Part shown: positions 19,189 to 28,706 of the stretch, piece by piece
Position numbering within the stretch: the first letter of the stretch is position 1
How the letters are laid out: every line of letters starts with the position of its first letter
Origin: Candidatus Pyrohabitans jungbluthii
Lineage (GTDB): Archaea; Hydrothermarchaeota; Hydrothermarchaeia; Hydrothermarchaeales; BMS3B
Direction of reading: 5' to 3'
Assembly: GCA_002010065.2 (NCBI GenBank)
Contig: MTMD02000008.1
Location: 288,001 to 352,000 of the forward strand
DNA: 64,000 bases
The notes under the pieces: generated by a model
Told to the model about the DNA's origin: nothing
The model's input: only the letters and a program-made list of their open reading frames with translations
Database searches by the model: none
Program-made: the position numbers and the translations under genes

Positions 19189-19403
19189 GGTTTCTTTGCA
19201 TAGCTCTCTATCAGGGTCTTAATTCCCACCGCCAGACCGAGGAAGATACCCACCACCATGCCTATAAAGGCTGCAGCATCCCCATAGCGTTTTCCAAGGT
19301 AATAGCCGGCTAAGCCGAGGAGCACCGCTGGGGTGGCAAGCTCTATGCTCGCCCCCAGCGCTGCGATGGCGCCTTCAAGGGTCTGAGGCCTTCTATCTCC
19401 CAT
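19185..19403 (-). CDS. Small 2-TM protein resembling AtpZ/AtpI (ATPase gene 1) family
   Basis: LGASIELATPAVLLGLAGYYLGKRYG...GIFLGLAVG pattern. Start ATG 19403, overlapping the upstream gene. Confidence 0.6.
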   Translation of the reverse strand: MGDRRPQTLEGAIAALGASIELATPAVLLGLAGYYLGKRYGDAAAFIGMVVGIFLGLAVGIKTLIESYAKKP

Positions 19404-19635
19404 CCACCCCCACCTTCCTCTCGAGATAACGCAGCAGCGCATAGGCTAAGGAGAGAGAGAGCAGGAGAATCGCCAGGTCGTCGAGCTTATAATGGTAAAC
19501 CCACCTCCAGAAGCCCATAGCTTGAACTGCAGAATTCCAGAAAAACCACGACAGGGAAGCCTTTAGCACCAGACCTACAAAAACCACTCCAAGAAGGGCT
19601 AAAAGAGCAACAAAGGCTGCGTTGCTCCTCTTCAC
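19393..19635 (-). CDS. Hypothetical small membrane protein
   Basis: Two hydrophobic segments. The GTG start at 19635 overlaps the TGA stop of the PUA gene (GTGA coupling). Confidence 0.6.
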   Translation of the reverse strand: MKRSNAAFVALLALLGVVFVGLVLKASLSWFFWNSAVQAMGFWRWVYHYKLDDLAILLLSLSLAYALLRYLERKVGVDGR

Positions 19636-20123
19636 ATCTCCAGCTTCCATATCCTGTCGCCCACGTGGTGAAGGTTCTTCACACACTTACCTTTCTCCTT
19701 TTCCCCAAACTCCTCGCCGCTCCACAGCGCCTTGCCTATGGCTATGGGCTTGCGGTGCCTCTCCTCGAGCACCACTACTAGGTCCCCCTTCTCAATCTTC
19801 TCATCGTAGTCAATCACGCCGGGACGCATTATGTCCGCACCGTTAACCACATAGGGCACAGCGCCTGCGTCAACCACGACGTAGAGACGATCCACACCAA
19901 CTTCAAGCGCACCCTTCAACGTTGGAAAGTACCTGCCCTCCACTTCAAAAATTTTCGGCTCACCATTAATCAGAAAGAGGGTTATCCCCTCTTCTGTCTT
20001 TGCAACCTCCACCTTCGCCTTATCTCCGAGAAGCTTTGCAAACGATGGCGAAGCCTTGGAAAGCTCCTCCCTAAGAGCCCTCACAACCTTCTGCTTTGCG
20101 AAGTACCTCTCTTTAATCTTCAT
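19632..20123 (-). CDS. PUA-domain RNA-binding protein (DUF1947 + PUA; MCT-1/Tma20-like)
   Basis: YFPTLKG, VVVDAGAVPYVVNGADIMRPGV, KPIAIG and KNLHHVGD motifs. Confidence 0.9.
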   Translation of the reverse strand: MKIKERYFAKQKVVRALREELSKASPSFAKLLGDKAKVEVAKTEEGITLFLINGEPKIFEVEGRYFPTLKGALEVGVDRLYVVVDAGAVPYVVNGADIMRPGVIDYDEKIEKGDLVVVLEERHRKPIAIGKALWSGEEFGEKEKGKCVKNLHHVGDRIWKLEM

Positions 20124-20185
20124 CTCCCCTACTCCCCAAGGCTAACGCAGAAAATCTTTTTTAGCTACCCCGTGAAAAGAGCAGC

Positions 20186-20902
20186 ATGGCAGAGATACAG
20201 GACAAGGAGATGCCTCTTGAGGAGCACTTAGCTGAGCTCAGAAAGCGACTGCTCATCTCCCTGGCGGCGGTAGGTGTGCTCTCCGTTGTGGCTGCGCTCC
20301 TCTTTGGCAGGGGGTTAATAAGGCTGCTCATCTCCCACTTTCTACCCGCGGAGGTTAAGGTTATCGCCCTGAATCCGGTGGAATACGCCTATACGTGGTT
20401 CTTAATCTCCCTCTTCTTTGGAATATACCTGGCTCTGCCGATAATAATATACGAGATCTTCAGATTCGCTGAACCCGGGCTTTATCCCAACGAGAGGAGA
20501 TTTCTAATCAGGGTAGTGCCCACCTCCTTCATCCTCTTCACCCTAGGAGTGCTCTTCTCCTTCTTCCTCCTTACCCCTTTCTCAGCCAAGTTTCTGGTGA
20601 GCTATGCTGAGGCTACCGCTGAGCCTATGCTCTCGTTGCACCGCTTCGCGAGCTTCATAGGCTTCATGCTCATCAGCGCGGGCATAATCTTCCAAATACC
20701 TCTCATCGTAGCCTTTCTGGTTAAAAGTGAGCTTGTGAGCATGGAGCAGCTCAGAGACAAAAGGAAGTACGTGTACATCGCCTTTATCGCCATCTCCATG
20801 ACCCTCGCTCCAGACCCAACGCCTGTGACGCCACTGGTAATCGCGGGTACGCTTATTTTCATCTTCGAGCTAAGCTTGGTGCTCTCACGATACCTGCTTT
20901 AG
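20186..20902 (+). CDS. tatC: Twin-arginine translocase subunit TatC
   Basis: MPLEEHLAELRKRL, FAEPGLYPNER, FQIP and TLAPDP motifs; six TM helices. Confidence 0.95.
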   Translation: MAEIQDKEMPLEEHLAELRKRLLISLAAVGVLSVVAALLFGRGLIRLLISHFLPAEVKVIALNPVEYAYTWFLISLFFGIYLALPIIIYEIFRFAEPGLYPNERRFLIRVVPTSFILFTLGVLFSFFLLTPFSAKFLVSYAEATAEPMLSLHRFASFIGFMLISAGIIFQIPLIVAFLVKSELVSMEQLRDKRKYVYIAFIAISMTLAPDPTPVTPLVIAGTLIFIFELSLVLSRYLL

Positions 20903-22161
20903 CGCCGTGAGAGGAGCACTATGTTCTCCACGTGTGGTGTGTGGGGAAACATATCAAAAGCCAAGAGCTTCACCAGCTCATAACCTTCGAGCTTCCTTAT
21001 GTCCTCTGCTTGGGTATAGGGGTTGCAGGACACATAGATTATAACCTCTGGGCTCAGCTTATTAAGCGCGGCTATAACCTTTGGGTGGAGACCTGCACGG
21101 GGCGGGTCAACTAGGATTGCGTCGAATCTTCCTTCCACCTTCGCCAGCGTTGCCTCAGCCTTTCCAGCGATAAAGCTGGCGTTGTTTATATCGTTCAGCT
21201 CTGCATTGAGCTTTGCCGCTTCAATCGCTGTCGCATCTTCCTCGATACCCACCACCTCGCTTGCCAAATCCACCAAAGCCAGGGAGAAGGTTCCCACACC
21301 GCAGTAAAGGTCGAGAAGCCTATCCACGCTTCCGAGCCAGGATTTAACGCACGCAAGAAGGCGCTCCGCCTGGTAGGGATTTGTCTGGAAGAAGGAGAAA
21401 GCTGGGATGCGGTAGGTTATTCCGCCGAGCCTTTCTTCAAGATACCCTTCTCCTGTGTGGGCGCGGATCTCACCAAAGGAAACATCCGCAAGCGAGTCGT
21501 TGACAGCCCACACAATGCTGTCGGCAAGCTCGCCAAGCGCTCCTGCATACTCCTCAACAGGAAACTCACCCTCTGTGGTCACAACGTTTATCAGCCTCTG
21601 CCCTGTGAACTTCCCCTCCCTCACCACGAGATAGCGCAGAAAACCTTTCTTTGCTAGGATGTCGTAAGCCTCAAGCTTTTTTTCCTGAAAGAACTTCCGC
21701 GAGAGGCGGAGAATCTCGTCGCTCTCTTTGGATAGGAGGAGGCAGCCCTCTGCGCTCTCCACCTCCGCAAAGCTGGAGTAGCGCCGCATGCCTATGGCCT
21801 CTCTGCTTATTGTGAAGTCCATGCGGTTTCTGTAATACCATATCTTTGGACTCGAGGTAATCCCCACCTCCTGCGCGAAGAGCTTTTCAACCACTCTCCT
21901 CTTAAACCTGAGCTGGGCTTCGTAGGCTAAGCCCTGCCACCTGCAGCTTCCGCAGCGAGAGAAGTGCTCACAGCGCGGCTCAACTCGAGCCTCGCTCGCC
22001 TCAATGACCTTCACCAGCCTTGCTCTGCCCCTCCCTATGGGCACAGCAAGAACCTTATCTCCAGGGTAGGCGTAGTCTACGCGATAACGTTTTCTCCCTA
22101 TCCTTCCCACACCTGCGCCGCGCTTATCCAAGGCAACAATCTCCAGCTCAAGCTCCCGCAT
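20899..22161 (-). CDS. RlmD/TrmA-family RNA m5U methyltransferase (TRAM + [4Fe-4S] + MTase)
   Basis: CEHFSRCGSC..C cluster, YRNRMDF, SFFQTN, LDLYCGVG, VDPPRAG, YVSCNP and DMFPHTPHVE. Substrate (23S rRNA vs tRNA U54) cannot be determined from sequence. Confidence 0.92.
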   Translation of the reverse strand: MRELELEIVALDKRGAGVGRIGRKRYRVDYAYPGDKVLAVPIGRGRARLVKVIEASEARVEPRCEHFSRCGSCRWQGLAYEAQLRFKRRVVEKLFAQEVGITSSPKIWYYRNRMDFTISREAIGMRRYSSFAEVESAEGCLLLSKESDEILRLSRKFFQEKKLEAYDILAKKGFLRYLVVREGKFTGQRLINVVTTEGEFPVEEYAGALGELADSIVWAVNDSLADVSFGEIRAHTGEGYLEERLGGITYRIPAFSFFQTNPYQAERLLACVKSWLGSVDRLLDLYCGVGTFSLALVDLASEVVGIEEDATAIEAAKLNAELNDINNASFIAGKAEATLAKVEGRFDAILVDPPRAGLHPKVIAALNKLSPEVIIYVSCNPYTQAEDIRKLEGYELVKLLAFDMFPHTPHVENIVLLSRR

Positions 22162-22281
22162 GCTACTGCCTCGTTTGCGGTAGGCTTAAAGTTTTTTGTA
22201 TATGAGAATCACCTGCTTAGGGGGAGTGTAGAGAAGGGTTCTTCCGAAACCCTTATTAGCCCGCGGTGAGAATCGCTAGCT

Positions 22282-22848
22282 ATGCAGGCTCAGGTTAAAA
22301 GGAAAACCAGAGAGACAGACATAACGGTACACTTAAAAATCAATGGCAGCGGCGAATACGAAATCTCCACCACCCTGCCCTTCTTTGACCACCTGCTTGC
22401 GAGCTTCGCAAAGCATGGCAGGTTTGACTTGAAGGTTAAAGCTCAGGGCGACCACGAGCATCACATTGTGGAGGACGTGGCTATAGTGCTTGGGCAGGCT
22501 TTCAGAGAGGCAGTGGGAAGCAAGGAAGGGATAAGGCGCTTTGGGCATGCAATTGTGCCCATGGATGATGTTCTTGTGCTGTGCGCCGTGGATATAAGTG
22601 GAAGAAGTTACTGTTCTAACGGCGTTAAGTTTCGCTACAAGCATGTGGAAGGTCTAAGCACTGAGCTTTTAGGCCACTTCCTCGAGAGCTTCTCCAATGA
22701 GTTCAGGATCAACCTGCACACGAAACTGCTTGACGGCAAAAATGAGCACCACAAGGCTGAAGCGCTATTTAAAGCTCTAGGCATGGCACTGAGCATGGCA
22801 CTTGAAAAGCGCGGCAAGGGCGTGCCCAGCACCAAAGGCGTGCTTTAA
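22282..22848 (+). CDS. hisB: Imidazoleglycerol-phosphate dehydratase
   Basis: RKTRETDI, FFDHLL, HHIVED, PMDD, NEHHKAEALFKA and PSTKGVL motifs. Confidence 0.96.
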   Translation: MQAQVKRKTRETDITVHLKINGSGEYEISTTLPFFDHLLASFAKHGRFDLKVKAQGDHEHHIVEDVAIVLGQAFREAVGSKEGIRRFGHAIVPMDDVLVLCAVDISGRSYCSNGVKFRYKHVEGLSTELLGHFLESFSNEFRINLHTKLLDGKNEHHKAEALFKALGMALSMALEKRGKGVPSTKGVL

Positions 22849-22924
22849 TGCTGCTTTCGACGGAGCAGAAAAGAGAGTCGAAAAGTTTAAATATGATTGA
22901 GACGAGTTCTAACTGGTGGTAGTG

Positions 22925-23263
22925 ATGGCAAAGACACTGAAAGTTGGAGATAAGGAGTTGGAGCTGGACGAGGACGGATTTCTGAAGGACCCAACCCAGT
23001 GGAACAAGGAAGTCGCCGAAGCCTTTGCTCGCGAGGAGGGCATTGAGCTCACCGATGAGCACTGGGAAATTATAAACTTCCTCAGGCAGTACTACGAGCA
23101 GTACCAGATAGCTCCCATGATTAGAATCCTTGTAAAAGAGGTGGGGAAGAAGCTCGGTCCCGAGAAGGGCAACCTCAAGTACGTTTACAAACTGTTCCCC
23201 AACGGTCCTGCAAAGCAGGCGTGCAAGATCGCCGGTCTGCCAAAGCCAACTGGCTGCGTGTAG
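22925..23263 (+). CDS. dsrC: DsrC sulfur-carrier protein (both C-terminal cysteines present)
   Basis: LDEDGFL, LTDEHWEIINFLR, LFPNGPAKQACKIAGLPKPTGCV (CysB-X10-CysA). Confidence 0.9.
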   Translation: MAKTLKVGDKELELDEDGFLKDPTQWNKEVAEAFAREEGIELTDEHWEIINFLRQYYEQYQIAPMIRILVKEVGKKLGPEKGNLKYVYKLFPNGPAKQACKIAGLPKPTGCV

Positions 23264-23270
23264 ACATCAC

Positions 23271-23310
23271 GCCCGAAATTACTCGGGCATCTCCGCTAAT
23301 TTTATTTTTT
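23271..23310 (+). terminator. Hairpin plus T-rich tract between convergent dsrC and UPF0058 genes
   Basis: GCCCGA-AATTAC-TCGGGC followed by TTTTATTTTTT. Confidence 0.45.
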
Positions 23311-23333
23311 GTTATTTTGAAAAATTTAAAAAA

Positions 23334-23615
23334 TCAGGGCTTTATTTCTTCTTTTGCCCTATCTGCCATTTCTTTAAGTCTCTTGGCTATACTTCTGGGC
23401 ACTATCTCATTATTTTCTGCAAGCACATCAGAAATCTCAGACGCTAGCAAAAAAACAGCATATTTATGCTCTGCTTTTGTTCTGTGGATGTGGTGGGGGC
23501 TTATGCCCAGCTCAGTGTACTCCCTGAAGTACTCCTTAGAGACACCATTCTCCACCAGGAATTTCATTAAATATATAAACAGCTGATGGAGGTAAATCAG
23601 CTCATCCTTATACAT
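23334..23615 (-). CDS. UPF0058 family protein
   Basis: MYKDELIYLHQL...LGISPHHIHRTKAEHKYAVFLLA. Start ATG 23615 after a GGTGAG SD. Confidence 0.85.
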   Translation of the reverse strand: MYKDELIYLHQLFIYLMKFLVENGVSKEYFREYTELGISPHHIHRTKAEHKYAVFLLASEISDVLAENNEIVPRSIAKRLKEMADRAKEEIKP

Positions 23616-23687
23616 CTCACCACGCAAGTATGCTCATCGTTGAAGAATAAAAAGTTTACTGGTGGGCATAGCGCAGTGCTAAAAGCC

Positions 23688-24917
23688 TTACGCTATGCCC
23701 AGGTCATTTGCGGTGAGCAGGCGTATGTTCGCCGGCTTCTTTGTGAGGTTGCCCACCTTCGCTCCTACGAGGTACTCCACTTCCTTCTCTGCGGCTATTT
23801 CAACCAAGCGCTGGGTTATCACACCATCGAATATCACCACTGACACCACATCTTTTGAGTTCTTGAGCGCCATGGCGAGGTCTCTCACCGCCACCTCTTT
23901 TATTATGTTGGAATCCTGGTCGAGAAGGTAGGCCTTGAGGGTGCCCGATAGGTCGGTGAAGAACTTCTTGAAGGTCTCTAGCTTGCCGTCCTTCTCCACA
24001 GGCTTAGGAGCAGGCTTTTCCTCTGTCTTCTTCTGCCTCTGTGGCCTGCGGCTCAGGAAGGGCTTGGGCTCCTCCTTCTTCTTTATTGAGAGGTAGTCCA
24101 TCACCTGCTCCGCAGGCACCTTGTTGCGAAGCGCCTTGAATATCTCCTTCTTTGTCAGGTCCTCTACTTCCTTGCCGTCCGGAGCACGAGCAACGAAATC
24201 CACCTCTGCAACCTGCAGGAGTTCTCGCAGTATGAGCTCGCCTCCGCGGTCGCCATCCACGAATGCGGTGACGGTCTTCTTCTTGCTCAGATCGATGATC
24301 GTCTTGGGAACGCTGGTGCCTTCGACGGCTATTGCATTCTTAATGCCGTACTTGAGCAGGAGGAGCACGTCGGCTCTTCCCTCGACTACGATTATGGCAT
24401 CGCTCTCGTCGATGTTGGGGCCAGCCGGCAGCTTATCAGGACCATACTCCTGAATTTCCCTAAGCCTTATAGCCTCTTTGACCTCCTCGGTTATCTCCAC
24501 GCTGTCAGGGGTAATCTCCTCCACCATTGTAGCAAGAATTTCCTTGGCTCGTTCAATCACCTGACGACGCTTGCTAATCCTCACATCCTCTATGCTATCC
24601 ACCACAAGCTTCGCCTCACAGGGTCCAACACGATCTATGGTTTCGAGAGCTGCAGCGAGTATCGCTGTCTCAACCTTGTCCAGGCTGGAGGGAACCTTGA
24701 CTGTGCCTCTCGACTTACCACCCTTTGTCTCTATTTCGACCTCTATCCTGCCTATTCTGCCAGTCTTCTGGAGTTCCCTCAGATCAAGGTCATTCCCGAG
24801 TAAACCCTCAGTCTGACCAAAGATTGCCCCAACTACGTCGGGCTTCTCAACAACACCATTGGTTTCAATTCTCGCATGAATAACATACTTGGTGGTGCCC
24901 AAGTCAATCTTACCCAT
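23688..24917 (-). CDS. dnaG: Archaeal DnaG (TOPRIM; exosome-associated)
   Basis: [35 protein letters not shown] and C-terminal [19 protein letters not shown]. Confidence 0.96.
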   Translation of the reverse strand: MGKIDLGTTKYVIHARIETNGVVEKPDVVGAIFGQTEGLLGNDLDLRELQKTGRIGRIEVEIETKGGKSRGTVKVPSSLDKVETAILAAALETIDRVGPCEAKLVVDSIEDVRISKRRQVIERAKEILATMVEEITPDSVEITEEVKEAIRLREIQEYGPDKLPAGPNIDESDAIIVVEGRADVLLLLKYGIKNAIAVEGTSVPKTIIDLSKKKTVTAFVDGDRGGELILRELLQVAEVDFVARAPDGKEVEDLTKKEIFKALRNKVPAEQVMDYLSIKKKEEPKPFLSRRPQRQKKTEEKPAPKPVEKDGKLETFKKFFTDLSGTLKAYLLDQDSNIIKEVAVRDLAMALKNSKDVVSVVIFDGVITQRLVEIAAEKEVEYLVGAKVGNLTKKPANIRLLTANDLGIA

Positions 24918-24937
24918 GGTAATGACCTCCTTTTAAC

Positions 24938-25093
24938 TCCCCAAAAAAGCAACTGCTCAGTTGGAAATCTCACTACCTCTCCCCAAACTTAGGCACAAAC
25001 TGTGGCAAATGAGCTATCAGGATGACATTTACCTTCATACTTCCATACCTTGGTGAGTAGTGAGATTCCAGTGAGCAATCACTTTTTTGGGGA
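24938..25093 (-). ncRNA. Candidate structured 5' leader/ncRNA upstream of dnaG (long imperfect hairpin)
   Basis: Minus strand TCCCCAAAAAAGTGATTGCTCA-C-TGGAATCTCACTAC pairs with GTAGTGAGATTTCCA-AC-TGAGCAGTTGCTTTTTTGGGGA. The mismatches are G-U only on the dnaG strand. Confidence 0.6.
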
Positions 25094-25374
25094 TTATTAC
25101 TACTAGTTCCAATTTTTAGTAACATCTGTAATTTTTAGAAAACAATGTTAAAATTTGTTTTAATATTTAAAAAGTTTTAACTTATGTTTATAAGAAATGT
25201 CTGCGGACTCACACATGAACAAAAGCGTTACATTTTTATATGTGAAGGTTGATAAACTTACTTGCCACCCTCCAAAAGCCCCAGGGCCTGTGTTACTACT
25301 TCCCCCACAGGCCCCTTATTTTAATAGTTAATTTTTTATTCTCAGCCCCCCAATTTTCTCTGGGTGTGTGTTTT

Positions 25375-25707
25375 ATGTTTCCAGGCAAAATCAACCCGAG
25401 GCAAATGAAGAAGATGATGAAGCAGCTAGGCATGGAGATGGAGGAGCTCGCAGCTAAGGAAGTGATTATCAAACTGGAGGATAGGGAGATTGTTATTGAG
25501 AACCCTTCCGTGAGTGTTGTAAAGGCGATGGGGCAGAAGACTTATCAGATAGTTGGGGAAGAGAGGGAGGTCCTCGCTATACCTGAGGAGGATGTGAAGC
25601 TAGTGGCTGAGCAGGCAGGCGTTAGCTTAGAGAAAGCCAGAGAGGCCCTGGAGAAAACTAAAGGCGACCTGGCTGAGGCGATAGTGCTCCTCACACAAGA
25701 AGGATGA
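25375..25707 (+). CDS. nac: Nascent polypeptide-associated complex (aNAC)
   Basis: [25 protein letters not shown] and a UBA-like [21 protein letters not shown]. Start ATG 25375. Confidence 0.94.
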   Translation: MFPGKINPRQMKKMMKQLGMEMEELAAKEVIIKLEDREIVIENPSVSVVKAMGQKTYQIVGEEREVLAIPEEDVKLVAEQAGVSLEKAREALEKTKGDLAEAIVLLTQEG

Positions 25708-25717
25708 GCTGAATATC

Positions 25718-26119
25718 ATGGTGAGCGCTTCCCGCAATCTGGTGGAACTCTACAAAAATGCCGGAGAGGAGGAGCTTCTGGAGCTTTTCAGACGCAGGGT
25801 TACCTTTTACAGAGACCTCTTTCTTCTACTAACACTCTCATCCATAGCGGCGGCGCTGCTTGTGTTTCTGAGCTTCGGTTCCAGGGTGCTTATCCCCCTG
25901 CTGCTTCTGATTTTCCTGCCGGTTGCCGCATACTGGAGGTATCACCCCCGTATTATCTTGGAAGAGTTGGCTGCGCTGACGGAGGCAAAGGGGAAGCTTT
26001 CGCCCAGAAAACAGGAGGAGGAAGTTAAGGCCGCAAGCGTTGGCGTCGACCCCATGATGCTTCTAGGATACGAGGGCTACCTCCAGGCGTTGAGGGATAT
26101 GGTTAAGAGGAGGGAGTGA
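25718..26119 (+). CDS. Hypothetical 2-TM membrane protein
   Basis: 133-aa ORF in operon position between nac and the nitroreductase, with two hydrophobic helices. Confidence 0.65.
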   Translation: MVSASRNLVELYKNAGEEELLELFRRRVTFYRDLFLLLTLSSIAAALLVFLSFGSRVLIPLLLLIFLPVAAYWRYHPRIILEELAALTEAKGKLSPRKQEEEVKAASVGVDPMMLLGYEGYLQALRDMVKRRE

Positions 26120-26120
26120 G

Positions 26121-26846
26121 TTGCCCGCGATAGGCGACGAGTATCACGAGTTTACAAAGCTCCGTCGTGGGTCACCGCCAAAGCAGCGATCGAAGTGGTG
26201 GTCACCGCCGGAGCTTTACAAGATTTATGAGGATGCGCCCCTCATAAAGCTCCCAGAGCCAGAGAAAAGCGGGGGGATGCCCATATGGGAGGCGATCGCA
26301 AAACGGCGCTCTCGCAGAGAGTATTCTGGCGAAGCGATAAGTGGTAAGGAGGTTTCCCAGCTTCTCTGGGCTACGCAGGGTATAACTGGCGAGATAGACG
26401 GCTACTACCTGCGCGCTGCACCGAGTGCTGGGGCGCTGTACCCGATAGAGACCTACCTGGTGGTAAACCACATAGATGGGCTGGAGCGAGGCATCTATCA
26501 CTATGCGGTGCTGCGGCACGCGCTTGAGCAGCTAAAAACTGGCGACTTCAGGCAGCGCATAGCGAGCGCGGCTTTAGAGCAGGAGTTTCTTGCTCGCGCG
26601 AGCGTGGTGTTTGTGTGGAGCGCTGTAGCGGCGAGGACCAAGTGGAAGTACGGTGAGCGGGGATGGAGGTATATTTACAAAGATGCGGCCCACGTATGCG
26701 CCAACCTTTACCTCGCTGCCACCGCTCTGGGGCTGGGGTGCTGCGCCGTGGGAGCGTGCTTCGACGACGAGGTGAATGAGCTTATAGGCTTAGACGGAAA
26801 GGAGGAGACCGTCGTATACTTGGCGGCGGTGGGTAAGCTTCTATAG
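26121..26846 (+). CDS. SagB/ThcOx-type nitroreductase family flavoprotein
   Basis: RRSRREY, LRAAPSAGALYPIE, KYGERGWRY and NLYLAATALGLG..GACFDD motifs. Confidence 0.9.
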   Translation: MPAIGDEYHEFTKLRRGSPPKQRSKWWSPPELYKIYEDAPLIKLPEPEKSGGMPIWEAIAKRRSRREYSGEAISGKEVSQLLWATQGITGEIDGYYLRAAPSAGALYPIETYLVVNHIDGLERGIYHYAVLRHALEQLKTGDFRQRIASAALEQEFLARASVVFVWSAVAARTKWKYGERGWRYIYKDAAHVCANLYLAATALGLGCCAVGACFDDEVNELIGLDGKEETVVYLAAVGKLL

Positions 26847-26914
26847 CCTGGGCATGCAGGGCTTTCATAAATACTCACCTCAGCTAAAGCTATCTAAAAG
26901 GGTGGCAGGTTGAT

Positions 26915-28201
26915 ATGAAGGAAATTGAAGAAGAAAAACTCGGCTTAAAAGAGCTGGTTGCCATAGGTGTTGGGGGAATGATAGGAGGAGGTATCTTCTC
27001 AGTTATTGGCATCGCAGGCGAAATAGCAGGTAATGCCACGCCTTTTGTATTCGTTGTGGGTTCACTGGTGGCATTTTTCACCGGTTACAGCTATGTAAAG
27101 CTTGCACTGACTTTTAAGGAAGATGGGGCAAGCTACATCTACCTGAAGCACGCGTTTCCCGCTGAGCAGGAAATTGCCGGTTTCACGGGGTGGAGTGTAA
27201 TTACAGGGTATGTAGGTACCTTGGCTTTATATTCGTACACCTTCGGTGCCTATGGCGCGGCGATGCTAGGCTTTGAAAACAACTACGCCGTGAGAACCCT
27301 TCTGGGGCTGTTCATCCTCTCAGCGTTTCTGTACATCAATTTGAAAGGCGTAAAAAGCGCTGGAGAAAGCGAGGACATCCTAGTTTATCTCAAGATATTC
27401 ATACTTCTCATTTTTGGGGTTGTTGGGCTCTTCTTGGTTAATCCTGAGCACTTCAAACCCCTCTTTAACCATGGCATTCCTTCGGTATTCTTAGGAGGAG
27501 CAATAGTATTCGTTGCCTTTGAGGGCTTTCAGCTTATCACAAACTCTGTCGTAGAGGCGAGAGAGCCGGAGAAAAACCTGCCCCTGGGGGTTTACCTTTC
27601 AATCGGCATAGTTTCTGTGATTTACATTCTACTCGCAATTACAGTTATGGGGGTTTTGAGCTTTGAGGAGATTTTAAGGGCAAAGGAGTTCGCCGTGGCA
27701 GAGGCGATGAAGCCAATTTTTGGAGATTACGGCTTTGCAATCGTTTCTCTCGCGGCTCTGCTCGCAACGTCCTCTGCGATAAACAGCACTCTCTTCGGGG
27801 CGAGCAGGATGATGGCAGATATAGCGAGAGACAGGTACTTCCCACCCATTCTCGCTAGGAAAACAGAAACACTCATCCCAAAAAATGCTCTGCTGTTCTT
27901 ATTTATCCTCTCTGCCCTTTTCCTGATATTTGGCAGGCTTGAAGCGATAGTAGCCTTTTCAAGCATGACATTTCTACTTGTATCTCTTGCTGTTGCGATT
28001 GCAAACTTCAGGTTGAGGGGAGTTACCAACGCTAACCTTGGCATTGTGCTTGCTGCTATTGCTCTAATAACAACCACGATTGTCTTAATGATTATCTATC
28101 TTTTAAAACACGAAATAGACACTCTCCTTAAAATCCTGTTCATATACATCTCTGCGGCGACTGCTTTTGTTGTTTATAGAATAAAAATCGCACAAGCCTG
28201 A
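26915..28201 (+). CDS. APC family amino acid permease
   Basis: GVGGMIGGGIFS, FVAFEGFQLI and SSAINSTLFGASR; about 12 TM helices. Confidence 0.9.
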   Translation: MKEIEEEKLGLKELVAIGVGGMIGGGIFSVIGIAGEIAGNATPFVFVVGSLVAFFTGYSYVKLALTFKEDGASYIYLKHAFPAEQEIAGFTGWSVITGYVGTLALYSYTFGAYGAAMLGFENNYAVRTLLGLFILSAFLYINLKGVKSAGESEDILVYLKIFILLIFGVVGLFLVNPEHFKPLFNHGIPSVFLGGAIVFVAFEGFQLITNSVVEAREPEKNLPLGVYLSIGIVSVIYILLAITVMGVLSFEEILRAKEFAVAEAMKPIFGDYGFAIVSLAALLATSSAINSTLFGASRMMADIARDRYFPPILARKTETLIPKNALLFLFILSALFLIFGRLEAIVAFSSMTFLLVSLAVAIANFRLRGVTNANLGIVLAAIALITTTIVLMIIYLLKHEIDTLLKILFIYISAATAFVVYRIKIAQA

Positions 28202-28232
28202 ATGGAAAAGGTGTCCATGGACCCCTGCAATT

Positions 28233-28703
28233 TCAAGCCTCTTTCTTACCCTCGAGCAGGTGCTTTCCCACGTCGGGTGGTACAACCATCACAGGCACGG
28301 GAGAAATGCCTATCACTCGCTCCGCCACGCTACCGAGGAGAATCTTCTCTAACCCAGAGTGGCCATGGCTCCCCAGAATTATTAGGTCACAGTGGAGTCG
28401 CTTCGCGGCTTCAACGATTTTGAGGTAGGGCACACCCTCTTCAAGCAGTGTCTCGGCGTCTATGCCCTCAAGGTCGCAGTGCTCCTTCACCTCCTCCAGT
28501 ACCTTCTCTCCTTCATCCCTGTATCTCTTCTTCATGTCATGCCACAGCACCTCGACGTAGCCATGCACATTGGCAACGTGGATAATAGTGAGCTTTGCCC
28601 CCGTAGCCTTGGCGAGGCGCATGGCATAGCACACCGCTGCCTCGCTGAACTTTGAACCATCGGTGGCTACAAGAATATGGGAGTAGATCCCCATGCCTAT
28701 CAC
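28233..28703 (-). CDS. Universal stress protein (single domain)
   Basis: ILVATDGS...DLIILGSHGHSGLEKILLGSVAERV (intact ATP-binding G-2x-G-9x-GS motif). Confidence 0.93.
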   Translation of the reverse strand: MIGMGIYSHILVATDGSKFSEAAVCYAMRLAKATGAKLTIIHVANVHGYVEVLWHDMKKRYRDEGEKVLEEVKEHCDLEGIDAETLLEEGVPYLKIVEAAKRLHCDLIILGSHGHSGLEKILLGSVAERVIGISPVPVMVVPPDVGKHLLEGKKEA

Positions 28704-28706
28704 CCC

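Noticed and set aside
26166-26210. Short direct repeat G(G/T)GGTCACCGCC inside the nitroreductase gene
   Set aside because: Only two ~12-bp copies encoding SPP twice in a variable N-terminal region; unrelated to the intergenic repeat family.
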